Shown piece after piece: positions 29,816 through 42,161 of a stretch of DNA of 64,000 bases. Every line of letters starts with the position of its first letter. Position 1 is the stretch's first letter. This DNA is from the human T2T-CHM13v2.0 reference genome, Homo sapiens. The translations under genes were made by a program, and so were the position numbers. Location of the stretch: assembly GCF_009914755.1 (NCBI RefSeq), contig NC_060928.1, one strand, 5' to 3'. A model generated the notes under the pieces. That model was given only the letters and a program-made list of their open reading frames with translations, was not told the origin of the DNA and did not search any database.

Positions 29816-32800
29816 AAAGCATTCAAGAAAGAGTAGGAGTGTTCACAGTGCCTTGTGGAGGTCAGTTGAGAGAGTGGGTTCAACATTTATGATACAAGTC
29901 CTAGAATCTTCTGTGTATAGCATGAGACAAAACTTTATTGGTTTCCTCATGTCTCTCTAGAATTCACAGCCATTAAACAGAGACATTTCCCCATTTTCTT
30001 CACTTTCTACTGTCACTGCCCTGACTCAAGGCTGCTACATCCCACCAGCCAGCATCTCCTCCCAGTTGTAGGAAAGTCACCGCCTTTTTAACAGAGCTAA
30101 GGCTGTGACCTAGAGTAGTCTCATTTCCACCATGGTGCAGCACAGAAACTGCCACGCCATTGTTTCACAACATTGTAATTGCAAATAGAAAGAACAGTGT
30201 AAGAAAACAGAAGATCGGGTCTTGTTAAACAGTCCATGTATTGCTTTACTAATTTTTAATTATTTGAATAGCCAATACATTCCTATAGATCCAAGTCCAG
30301 AAGATATAATCAGCTCCATGATAAAACGTTTCTTCCGCCATCCTTTCCCATTTCTGAGGAGTTCCCATCCCCACACCTCATTAGGTAAACACTGTTCTTA
30401 GTTTCTGAGGTGTCCTTCCAGTGTTCCTTTATTTTGACTGGGTTTTAATTAACCTGACTATTGTTACTTTGTGCTCACTACTTCTAAGGTAATGACATTT
30501 TCATTCTTCTCATTCCTGTGGCTGCATTTAAAATTTACAATTTGAAAGTGCTCTTTCATGTAATGGCACTCGGGGTTCTCATATGAAATGAGAACTAAAT
30601 AAACACCTGGATATCCAAAACATGTCTGTCAGAGGTAAAATTTTAGGTATTTATATTCATAGGCCATATCTACATGAAGCAGGATCATTTGATTTCCTAT
30701 GATTAGAAAACAAATTTACTTAGCTCTGCAAATGTGGAAGGCCTAGTTGAGAAAACCCAGAGTTAGAATAATTAAGAGTATGGACAGCTGTACAGCAGTG
30801 GATTCAAGAGACAGGTTTATACATGGGGGTAAGATGAATCAAGGCAAACAATAGAAAAGAAGACAGCCTGAGGTGACTGAGTGAGAATATAAGAGATGAT
30901 TTTCTCCTCAAGCACTGAGCTCAGGTCTACGCATTAGTCAGGAAAGCAGGAGCATTATCATCTCTTTAAAGAGGCCTTCAAAAGGAAAGAAAATTATGTT
31001 GGTGACTGGTTTCTCTATGTGGGACTAGCCCAAGTTCTACAGACTTAGGGTGGGGTAACACCAAGCATAGTAATGTTTTTGCTTGTATTTTTTAAAGTCA
31101 GTTGATTTATTTATTGCATGGAATAAATCCAAACTAAATAACTAATAGTTGATAGATTTTATTCGTTTCTTATGAGTTTTAAAGTGGTCTTCAAATTTCT
31201 ATTTAAATATCTGAAAAACAAAATACTCTGCTTCTCAGAAAAATTATTTTAAAAAGGATGGAAGGCAATAAAAATGATAATCTTCAAGAAAGTCTGTGAG
31301 ATAATAAGACACTTTTTCTGGCACTCAGCTCAAGATCTTAATGTTGATGAGGATTTGCCTTAGTGAGGTGGTGGTTGAGGTAATGGGTCCAATAAGAAAA
31401 TCCCTGCACTCATTCAGACAGGCATTGGCCAAGACCAAAAAAGAAAAATGTATATATCATATTTTTTTTCAAGGAAAGGGAATGCAATTTGATGATGAAC
31501 TAATTTAAGGTGGTCAAGTTTGTTTTTTGTTATTTATAAGTACAAATGAATTGGTTAAGGAGATATCTAAAAATGCCTCCTTTCCCTGATAGATTTGCTG
31601 AGAGTGTGTTGGGGGATACCTTAGCAGCCAATCAATAAGAAAAAACACATCTATAATAAATTGCTAGATGATGCAAATGGTATTATGCTACATATTATTA
31701 TTATAAACATGTATAGACTTTAATATGAGATTTTTTAAATTCTAATTTCTCTTCCATGTTATATATATTTCTATTTTAAAAAAATAACAGTCATTTCTTT
31801 TTAAAATTTTAAAATTGTTTTTAAAATTTAAAAATATAAAAATTTTTATATTTTTAAAAATATAAAAGAAAAGTCATTTCTAAATGATCCAAGAATACCA
31901 TATGAATTTAATTTCATTCATGTTACCTGGATCAACTTGATTTATTTTCCTGTTCTCAGAAATACCAGTTGATTGTCACTTGTAGAGTACACACAATTTA
32001 GAAAATCATCTTAAGAGTTTTTTAGTTAGTTTATATTTGACAATTCAGAAAAAAATACGATTTTATATGGCATCTCAAAGCCCTTAATGTGATTGCACAA
32101 ATCTGATAACACAAAAATTTCACACTATGTTCTATTACCAAGAATGTTGATTTAATCTTCTGAACCTGATTAATAGTTCTTTTCTGTCATCTGGAAGGTA
32201 CTGTGTATTCGGAGACTAGATAATAAATCAAGCCTTCTTTAATTTCTGTTCTTGATGACACAAAATTGGATGTGGAGGGAATTTCCACAGTTTTTAAATA
32301 TGTTGGGAAAAAAATCCTGACTCAACTTTTTTCTTATCACTTCATCTCACATACCTCTACTCTCTTCCTGAAGATAAACTGTTGGGGCCATAATGAATTA
32401 TTGTAAATGCCTCCCTAGCACTGAATTTTACTGAAACATATTTTCTTCTCAACTAAAACTAAGGCAGTCTGGGCCCTCTTGTTTCCTTCCCAGCTGTTTG
32501 CTCATCATCTGTTACCTTTTCTTTCTCTAATGTGGTTACATTGGATGCTATAGATACTTAACCATGCTAATAAAACTGTCTCCTAAAAATATTAAGATAT
32601 TTTAAATTGTATAATAAACTAATTAATTTCCAACTAAATGTAATGATATAAATGGCACTTCAAACAGGCACAAGGGTACATTGTCAACATAATATAACAT
32701 TTTGTTCCAAATATTTCTATAGTTTATTAATGTTACACCAACATTAATAAAATTATGTAGCCAGTCATATGACACATCTTTCTTAATTGAGGAATATGCC

Positions 32801-33173
32801 TTCTAAAGAAAGTTATGAGCTGAGTTCAAAATATAAGAAAAAAGTTATTCTATGAGGTGAGGAGGACTAAAAGCAAAATATATCAATAACTATATTAAAA
32901 TATATTTGAAGTCAGACTCTTTATTATATGGGTATTCACTTAAGTCTAGAAAGCATCCTCTAATTACACCAATTTATAAATAAGTTATCTATTGACTCTC
33001 CCTCCAGTTTGTTGTACTAAATTAACATTGGTCTGATGTTTTTGAAATTCTCTTGGCAAGATTCAAGATTTGCTCTCTATGGTTAAAATGCTAATAAAAA
33101 TACTTAGCACACTACTATTTCTAGTTGTTTTCTTTTCCCAGTATACTAGAATCTGGATATATTATAGAAATTA

Positions 33174-33518
<345 letters not shown>

Positions 33519-33984
33519 TCAGCTTCAAATATTCTAAGACTACAAATACTATTACTTATTTACTAATGTGGAAACAATTAAGTTTCTTAAAGAAGAATCC
33601 TTGTGATGATGGTAGTCACAGAATATAACCCACCTTTCAGGCTGATGAGTTGCCAATTAATGTATAATTAGCTTAAAATGTCCTTTATATTTTAGTGACT
33701 CCCATAGGGAAACTCTCATTCTCTTTCACATACTATAGCTTGTGACTTTTTACTTATTGACACCTACTGCTAAGACCTTCCTGAAGTCATTTTTTTTTTC
33801 AATTTTTGTCACATTTACCTCAGACTGGTTTAAACTTGTCATATTTTTCTAACTGATAGTCTGGCGTGTATCCCTACTGACAAAGGGAAGAAAAGGGTGA
33901 ACATCAGTCTGCATTTCCTCATACACACCCTGCTCCAAAAACACATATGCTTCCCATATCCCTCACCTTTTAAGAAGATAATCC

Positions 33985-34340
<356 letters not shown>

Positions 34341-34739
34341 TTAAATCACAATGTGCTTTGAAATATAAATGAGTCTTATCACATGTGTTTATGTCTATGA
34401 AGGATATCATTATCAACTTAGTACATCTGCGCCTTTTGCTTAATGTCTAAAAAGAAAGAAAATTGAATGTGTTAGGAAGGGAAATGATGAATATCAATAG
34501 GCAAAAATAGGGGTGGAAACTTATAATCCCTTATCTGTTTTTATTAGTTGTAAAAGATTTACTATTCCAAAACCTATATGGCTTATGTGCTTGCTTTAGA
34601 AATCAGAGAAGGTTAAACGTGGTGATTTCATTTTGTCTCTTGGGCCAAAGGAACCTATGAAGCTTATGAAATCCATCCATAACTATGAAAATCGTATAGC
34701 TTTTAATCCACAAGGGGACATTTTTAATAGAGGGGCTGT

Positions 34740-35250
34740 TTTGTAAGGTCTAAAATCAAGGCTCAATACTACATGTTACCTTGAAATCTGGTGAAATTGG
34801 AGGGCAAGGGGCATAACCGCAAGTTTCCCTACTACTTTGCTCTCTTGAATCAAGTACCCTCGCAGAACAATTTTTATTAGGGGGAACAGGAGCACTTTCT
34901 GCTTATGCCTGAGTGTCAGGCTTCGGTTCCCTGCCAGTTTGCAGAATTTGATTCAAACAATCCAATCACATCCTTCCTTGGGAACCAGACAGCAACCACC
35001 CTCTATATACTACAAAGCTTGCTTGCCTTCCATATCTCTTGACTGTTCACTCTGTTCCCAAGTGCAGGCCCGTGTAGTTCTGCATAGCATGCCATGTCCT
35101 CCTCCCCCACCGAAGCTATGAGTATATATAAGTAAAATATTGCTATCAGTCTCATCTATCCAGCGTCAAGACTGTGGATTTGATACACATCCCCATAACC
35201 CTAGGATGGAGAAACCTTCTCTCACCAGTAGGGTGAACAGTGACAACAGA
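34740..35250 (+). mobile_element. ERVL-type LTR, MER73/MER74-like
   Basis: 'ctaaaatcaaggctcaatac…ccttgaaatctggtgaaattggagggc…taaccgcaagtttccc', recalled from the MER73/74 5' region. Confidence 0.5.
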
Positions 35251-36016
35251 AAAAAAAAGAGGGGGGACACAGTAAGAATGGCTGAGCAAACTGGAACATA
35301 TGGTCAACCTAGTTAGAACATTTGTCCCTGGGAACTTAAATCAATAGAAAGAAGAGGAAGGAGTTGAAGGAGAATAAATTCTTAATCTATAAGCACCAAA
35401 AAGAAAAGATTTATTGCTTTATTTAGCCTGCAACTACAAACTAATGCTTTTGTCTGACTGTTCATTCACACATTTACTTATTCATTTAATAATTTATCTA
35501 TTTCTTTGAAATATGTATTGATCATCTATTTTGTATTAGATACTTTGGTAGAAATTGATTTTATACAATCTATTTCAGGAAACAATGCACAATTTTTTTT
35601 ACAAGTAGTTTTAACATGTATCTTGCAACTGAGCAAAGCGATAAGGGAAATACCAATATTTTACTTTAAAATTTGATTTTTTTAAACCAAACGAAACTAC
35701 AGCATTGCTTGCTATGATTGAAACTAATTTTTCGTGTTAGCTGAAAACTTTTCTTTGATAGATATATAAAATGTTGAATATCCATGCCAAAAGTTTAATA
35801 TTTTAGGCCACAAATTGGTAACATTTCTTTTTCAATTTAAAAATCTTCTGATACAAAATGTATCCAAAGTATTAACTGGGCATTGTTTCATACCACATAA
35901 ATCATCTAAAAGTTTTTTTAAAACCTTATAATTTTCTAAATGTTGAAAGAAATGATATTTGATACTGGTGGAAATTTTTGTATTCTAAAGACAGTGGCCT
36001 AAAGATCTTCAATTTT

Positions 36017-36182
36017 TTGCTTGCTTCCCCTTCGCCTTCTGCCATGATTGTAAGTTTTCTGAGGCTTCCTTAGCCATGCCTCCTGTACAGCCTGAGAAAC
36101 TGAGTCAATTAAGCCTCTTTTCTTCATAAATTACCCAGTCCCAGGTAATTCTTTATAGCAGTGTGAGAATGGACTAATACAC
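36017..36182 (+). mobile_element. MSTA/THE1-type MaLR LTR, 3' half
   Basis: 'cttccccttcgccttctgccatgattgtaagttttctgagg…aattacccagtc…gagaatggactaataca'. Confidence 0.9.
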
Positions 36183-36754
36183 AAAAATCACTCTATATTC
36201 TGTTCAATTATTTCTTGCACAACAAACATCTTTTTAATTTTGCTTCATCACAACAAATTGAAAATGTTACTTACTCTGCAGTTTGCAACATAGTTTTTTC
36301 CAGTTTCTCTTTATCTATACAGTTCCATAGCAGTTGTACTAGTATCTCTCCTGGATTCTGTATCAATAGCATACCTTCATTTTTAATTTGAAATTTTATC
36401 CGTACTTATTCTTTTCAACTGGCAAGATATTTTATATTATAATTAAAATAATAATATGTATTTCAACTTAATTACCAATCCTAACTTACACAGATATTAC
36501 TACAACTCATGCTGTCTGCAGAAAATATTCAAAAAAAAGTTGCAATGTTACAGCAATCATTGAAAATAATCATTCAGATTATTCAATCCATTGAATATAA
36601 CTAGATTGGAGATGTGTTTGCCTGCAATCATAGGAACAACACGTAGATCCAACGCACGCACACTCCAGGAGAATAATGCAAAGGTAAAAGTCAAATATAG
36701 TCCCACTCAAACAATAAAATTAGTTAAATGGAAAAATATTTCATGCTACTACAA

Positions 36755-36925
36755 TTTTTATATTTAAATTTTAGCTAATTAAGTAAATCAGATATTCAAT
36801 TCTTCAATCATAGCAGCCACATTTTAAGTGCTCAGTGGCCACATGTGTCTAGTGATTACCACAATGGACAATGTAGATATGAAGACCTTTCCATCATTAC
36901 AGAAAGTTATTTTGGATAGTACTGG
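36755..36925. mobile_element. MER3-like hAT-Charlie element
   Basis: 'agccacattttaagtgctcagtggccacatgtgtctagtg…tttccatcattacagaaagttattttggatagtactg'. Confidence 0.75.
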
Positions 36926-38080
36926 TCTGGAGTATAAAAAATATAGAAATGATAAATTATATAGGATTTGGGGGGAGTTGCAAAAACCGAACACCATGAA
37001 TAATATAATTTCCATGGGAAAAATGTAACCCTCACACAACTTTTGTCCAAGACTGGAGGATTTCCTAGATTATCCATTTTAATATCATTTCTTGGTGTGA
37101 TTACTTAATAGAATAGTAATATATATTTGCCTAGAAAACTTAAATAATGTTTTTGAGAGCTACCTGTTCTTTTTCACCATTTTTTATTTAACAACATAGG
37201 ACCATTTTTTCATACCATTAAATATTAGTAACAATATTTGAAACAACCTATTAATTATCTTTGTTTACATTATCTAAAATAATCCACAAAAATAACTTCA
37301 CAATATTTTCACTTTCAGAAAAACAATACCAGTTTTGATCATTTCTGTTTTCTTTCAAACTTACACTAAAACACCAATGAAAACCCTATGTATAACCTAT
37401 CAATATTTCCAAAAAAGATCCAGTCATATAGGGAATTCAAGCAGCATAAAACAGGTAATAATTATATTTATCCACTGTACTACAAGTAGTAGATACCTAA
37501 TAAGTTTCTGATGAACCTAACTGATCTCTTGCATTTAAAATAACATTTTAATAGGAACAGAAACTATATATTTTTGTAAAACTAGGTACTTAGCTAAATT
37601 GCCAGCTTATTTTTTGGACAAAAGTGGTAACTTTTAAGTTTTATCTAAGTTCCCTCCAAAAAGCATAATCATTTCCTATAATGTATAGAAATACATTTCA
37701 TTTTTAGTGATATAAACATTATTTATTTCACTTTCTTGCTGTGTAGATCATATTGAAAGTAAAGTAGACAATTAAGGCAGGTATCAGTATCATTTGAAAA
37801 CAAAAACAAATCATTTTATTTATATGTACATAAAATTGCAGTGAAAGAAGTTTTGAAATATTAGTGTTTAGTTCCATCACATATACCCTGTATCCAGATG
37901 AATGAACTGAACTAGGCAGAAGGACTTGTTTTGACTGAGTCATTCCTGTTAGACTAACCTACAGACAGATATGGAAATGTGAGCAAATAAAAACTCCCAG
38001 AGTCCTGCAATTTCATTTCTTGAATCGTGTTGAAATTTATGATTAAAATTGCTTCTCACTGTAAAATTTGAAAGAGGTGA

Positions 38081-38463
38081 TGTATTAGTCTGCTCAGGTT
38101 TCCATAATAAAATACTACAGACTGGGAGGCTTAAACAATGGAAATTTATTTCTAACAATTCTGTAGACTAGAAAGTCCAAGATCAGCATGCCAGCATGGT
38201 TGGGTTCTGGTGAGGGCTTTCTTCCCGGCTTGTAGTCAGCTGCCTTCTTACTGTTTCTTCACGTGGCAGAGAGAGAAAGAGAGCAAGTGCCCTGGCATTT
38301 TTTCTTATGATGGCAGTAATCCTGTCATAGGGTACCATGCTCACGACCTCATCTAAGTCTAATTATCTTCTAAAGTCCCCATCTCCAAATATTGTCACGT
38401 AGGGAGTTCTGCTTCAACGTGTAAATTTTGAGGGTGAAGGACAACACAGTTTAGTCCATAACA
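38081..38463 (-). mobile_element. MLT1A-like MaLR LTR
   Basis: TG…CA ends. 'tgtattagtctgctcagg…cagactgggaggcttaaacaa…agtccaagatcagcatgccagc…ttagtccataaca'. Confidence 0.85.
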
Positions 38464-39190
38464 AATAACCAAGCTGAACCAATGTAGTTTTATTCATGTT
38501 TGATAAACATGGGCTGTCTTCTCTGCAAGCATGTGTCTGTGACTAAAGAGCAGTCAATAACATGGGATAACCTGGATCGATGACTGGTTCACTTAATTAA
38601 CAAGAATATTACTTTCTACTTCCAGCCATTCATACAAATATTTTATTTGTTTGAGTCATTTAGCACTAAGAATGATTAGATTCTAATTTCTAGAGTTATA
38701 TCAAAATATATAAAGTAGTGTGTAGAGTAAATTGTTTACAACTTATGACCTTGTGCATTAACAAATGCCTAAATAGGTTTTTTTCTGCAGCTAAAAAATA
38801 TGTAGAAACTATTAGAGGTCCAATGTTTGTAACTTTCCAAGATTAGATTTGATATGAATTATATTCATCTTGCTTGGAGGATTCTCCTTCCACACTAACT
38901 AGTATGAGTGGAAAAAGAAAAAAAAAAGCTAGGTTAGTATTCTACCCACAGAAACTTCTACTTGGAAGATTAAATTTCTCAACATGACTGGTAAACTATT
39001 TTGAGCAGTGAACACTCGAAAGTCTTAATTTTCATTTTTACTTGATGGATTTATTTTCTCTTTGCTTTTAACCACATGTTGAGAAATAATTGTCATCACT
39101 AGAAATTATTGGGATCATCTCTTATGAGAAAAAGTTATAACATACAGAAAAATAATTTCCAAATACTTTTATTATAATTTATGTTAGGTT

Positions 39191-39742
39191 ATTTTTTTTT
39201 ATTTCCATAGGCTTTTGGGGAACAGGTGCTATCTGGTTACATAAGTAAGTTCTTTAGCGGTGATTTGTGAGATTTGCTGCACCCATCTCCTGAGCAGTAT
39301 ACACTGAACCCATTTTGTAGTCTTTTATCCCTCACTCCATTCCCACCCTTTCCTTATGAGTCCCCAAAGTCCATTGTGTCATTCTTCTGCCTTTGCATCC
39401 TCGTAGTTTATCTCTCACTTATGAGTGAGAACATATGATGTTTTGTTTTCCATTCCTGAGTTACTTCGCTTAGAATAATAGTCTCGAATCCCATCCAGGT
39501 TGCTGCAAATGCCATTAATTTATTCCGTTTTATGGCTGAGTAGCATTTCATCTATATACATGTGTGTGTGTATATATATATGTATATATATATATGTGTG
39601 TGTATATATGTGTGTGTATATATATGTATATGTATATATATGTGTGTATGTATATATATGTATATGTATATGTATATATGTGTGTATGTATATATATATG
39701 TATGTATATATATATGTATGTGTATATATATATATATATATG

Positions 39743-39791
<49 letters not shown>

Positions 39792-41404
39792 GTATATATA
39801 TATCACAGTTTCTTTATCCCCTCTTTGGTTAATGGGCATTTTGGTTGGTTTCATATTTTTGCAATTGCGAATTAACCTGCTACAAACATGCGTGAGCGTG
39901 TTTCTTTTTTGTGTAATGACTTCTTTTCCTCTGGATAGGTACTCAGTAGTGGGATTGCTGAATCAAATGGTAGTCCTACTTTTAGTGCTTTAAGGAATCT
40001 CCACACTGTTTTCCATTTTGGTTGTGATGATATGATTCCATGCATAGAAAACCTTAAAGACTCCTCCAAAAAGCTCCTAGAACTGATAAAATATTTCAGC
40101 AAAGTTTCGGTATGCAAAATGAATGTACACAAATCAGTAGCTCTCCTATACACCAACAGTGACCAAGCTGAGAATCAAATCAAGAACTCAACTCCTTTTA
40201 CAATAGCTGCAAATAAAATAAAATAAAATATTTAGGAATATACCTAACCAAGGAGGAGAAAGATCTCTACAAGTAAAACTACAAAACACTGCTGAAAGAA
40301 ATCATAGACGACACAAACAAATAGAAACATATCCCATGCTTCTGGATGGGTAGAATCAATATTGTGAAAATGACCATATTGCCAAAAGCAATCTACAAAT
40401 TCAATGCAATTCCCATCAAAATACCATGATCATTCTTCACAGAACTAGAAAAAAAAATCCTAAAATTCATATGAAACCAAAAAAGAGACTGCGTAGCCAA
40501 AGCAAGACTAAGCAAAAAGAACAAATGTGGAGGCATCACATTACCTGATTTCAAACTATACTATAAGGCCACAGTCACCAAAACAGCATGGTACTGGTAT
40601 AAAAATGGGCACATAGACCAATGGAACACAATAGAGAACACAGAAATAAACCTAAATACCCTAAATACTTACAGCCAACTGATCTTCAACATAGAAAACA
40701 AAAACATACATGGGGAAAGGACACCCTATTCAACAGATGGTGCTGGGATAATTGGCAAGCCACATGTAGAAGAATGAAACTGTATCCTCATCTCTTACCT
40801 CTTGCAAAAATCAACTCAAGATGGATACAGGACTTAAATCTAAGACCTGAAACTCTAAAAATTCTAGAAGATAACATCAGAAAAACCCTTCTAAACATTG
40901 GCTTCAGCAAGGATTTTATGACCAAGAACCCAAAAGCAAATGCAATAAAAACAAAGATAAATAGCTGGGACTTAAAGAGCTTTTGCATGGCAAAAGAACA
41001 GTCAACAACAGACAACCCACAGCTGGGAGAAAATCTTCTATACATCTGACAAAGGACAAAGAAAATCTATACATCTGACAAAGGACTAATATCCAGAATC
41101 TACAATGAACTCAAACAAATTAGCAAGAATAAAACAAATAATTCCATCGAAAAGTGGGCAGAAGACATGAACAGACAATTCTCAAAAGAAGATATACAAA
41201 TGGCCAACAAACATATGAAAAAAATGCTCGACATCACTAATGATCGAGAAATGCAAATTAAAACCACAATGCAATACCACCTTACTCCTGCAAGAATGGC
41301 CATAATCAAAAAATCAAAAAATAATAGATGTTGTCATGGAAGCAGTGGAAAGGCAACACTTCTACACTGCTGGTGGGAATGCAAACTAGTACAGCCACTA
41401 TGGA
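39191..41404 (-). mobile_element. L1PB-like element with 5' inversion (3' part on minus, 39191-~40025; inverted ORF2 part on plus, ~40026-41404)
   Basis: L1PB-type 3' end. Strand switch at ~40025. TSD aatttatgttag(g/t)tt at 39176-39190 and 41405-41419. Confidence 0.93.
39553..39803. repeat. ~250-bp (TA)n/(TG)n/(TATG)n microsatellite expansion inside the L1
   Basis: Direct reading. It explains the YI/CV-rich ORFs. Confidence 0.95.
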
Positions 41405-41825
41405 AATTTATGTTAGTTTTGATACCAGGACAAACCAACTTCCTTTTCTTTAAATTTTAGAATGATACAGACCTTTTAATGTCCAGTTCACTGACTTGTG
41501 TGTCTTATCACTGCTCTTTAAAAGTAAAATTCTACACACTACAGAGAAAGCAGTAAGTCAGGGCCCCACCTAATTCCAAAAATGATGCTTTGGAAAAGGA
41601 CAAAAAGGTAATACGAAAAATCCCTTTATATTGAGAAATCTGGTGAGATACTTTTAAAAACTTTCACATGATATGGTTTTGGTAGTATATGATTTAGGCC
41701 TGCTTTTGAGTATGATATGAAATCAATCATGTAACTTCGGAAAATGTTAAAACTAAAATCACAGCAGATTTTAAAGAGCATACCCTTGTCAGAATAAATG
41801 ATAAAAGTTGGCATATAAATTACTT

Positions 41826-42161
41826 TAGGAGTCAGCAAACAGGGTACATGGGCCAAATCCTCCCACTTTCTCTTTCTGCATGGCTCATGAGCTAAAAATG
41901 GATCTTGCATTTTTAAATGGTTAGGACAAAAATCAGATGAATAATATTTTGTGGCATGTGGAAATTATATAAAATTCAAGTTTCAGGGTTCAAAAATAAA
42001 GTCTTACTGAAACACAACCACACTAATTTATTTACATAATGTCTATGGCTAGTTTTGAGCTACAAGGACAGAGCTGAGTCACTGTGGCAAAAACTTTATA
42101 GTGCATGAGGTCTAAAATATTTACTATACAGCGGTTAATGAAAAGACTTTGTTGACTCCTG
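41826..42161. mobile_element. MER58B-like hAT-Charlie element
   Basis: Terminal inverted repeats (t)aggagtcagcaaa … tttgttgactcct(g). Internal 'catgagctaaaaatggatcttgcatttttaaatggtt'. Confidence 0.85.

Noticed and set aside
39500-39993. Several 100-140-aa YI/CV-rich ORFs
   Set aside because: They are translations of a TA/TG microsatellite.
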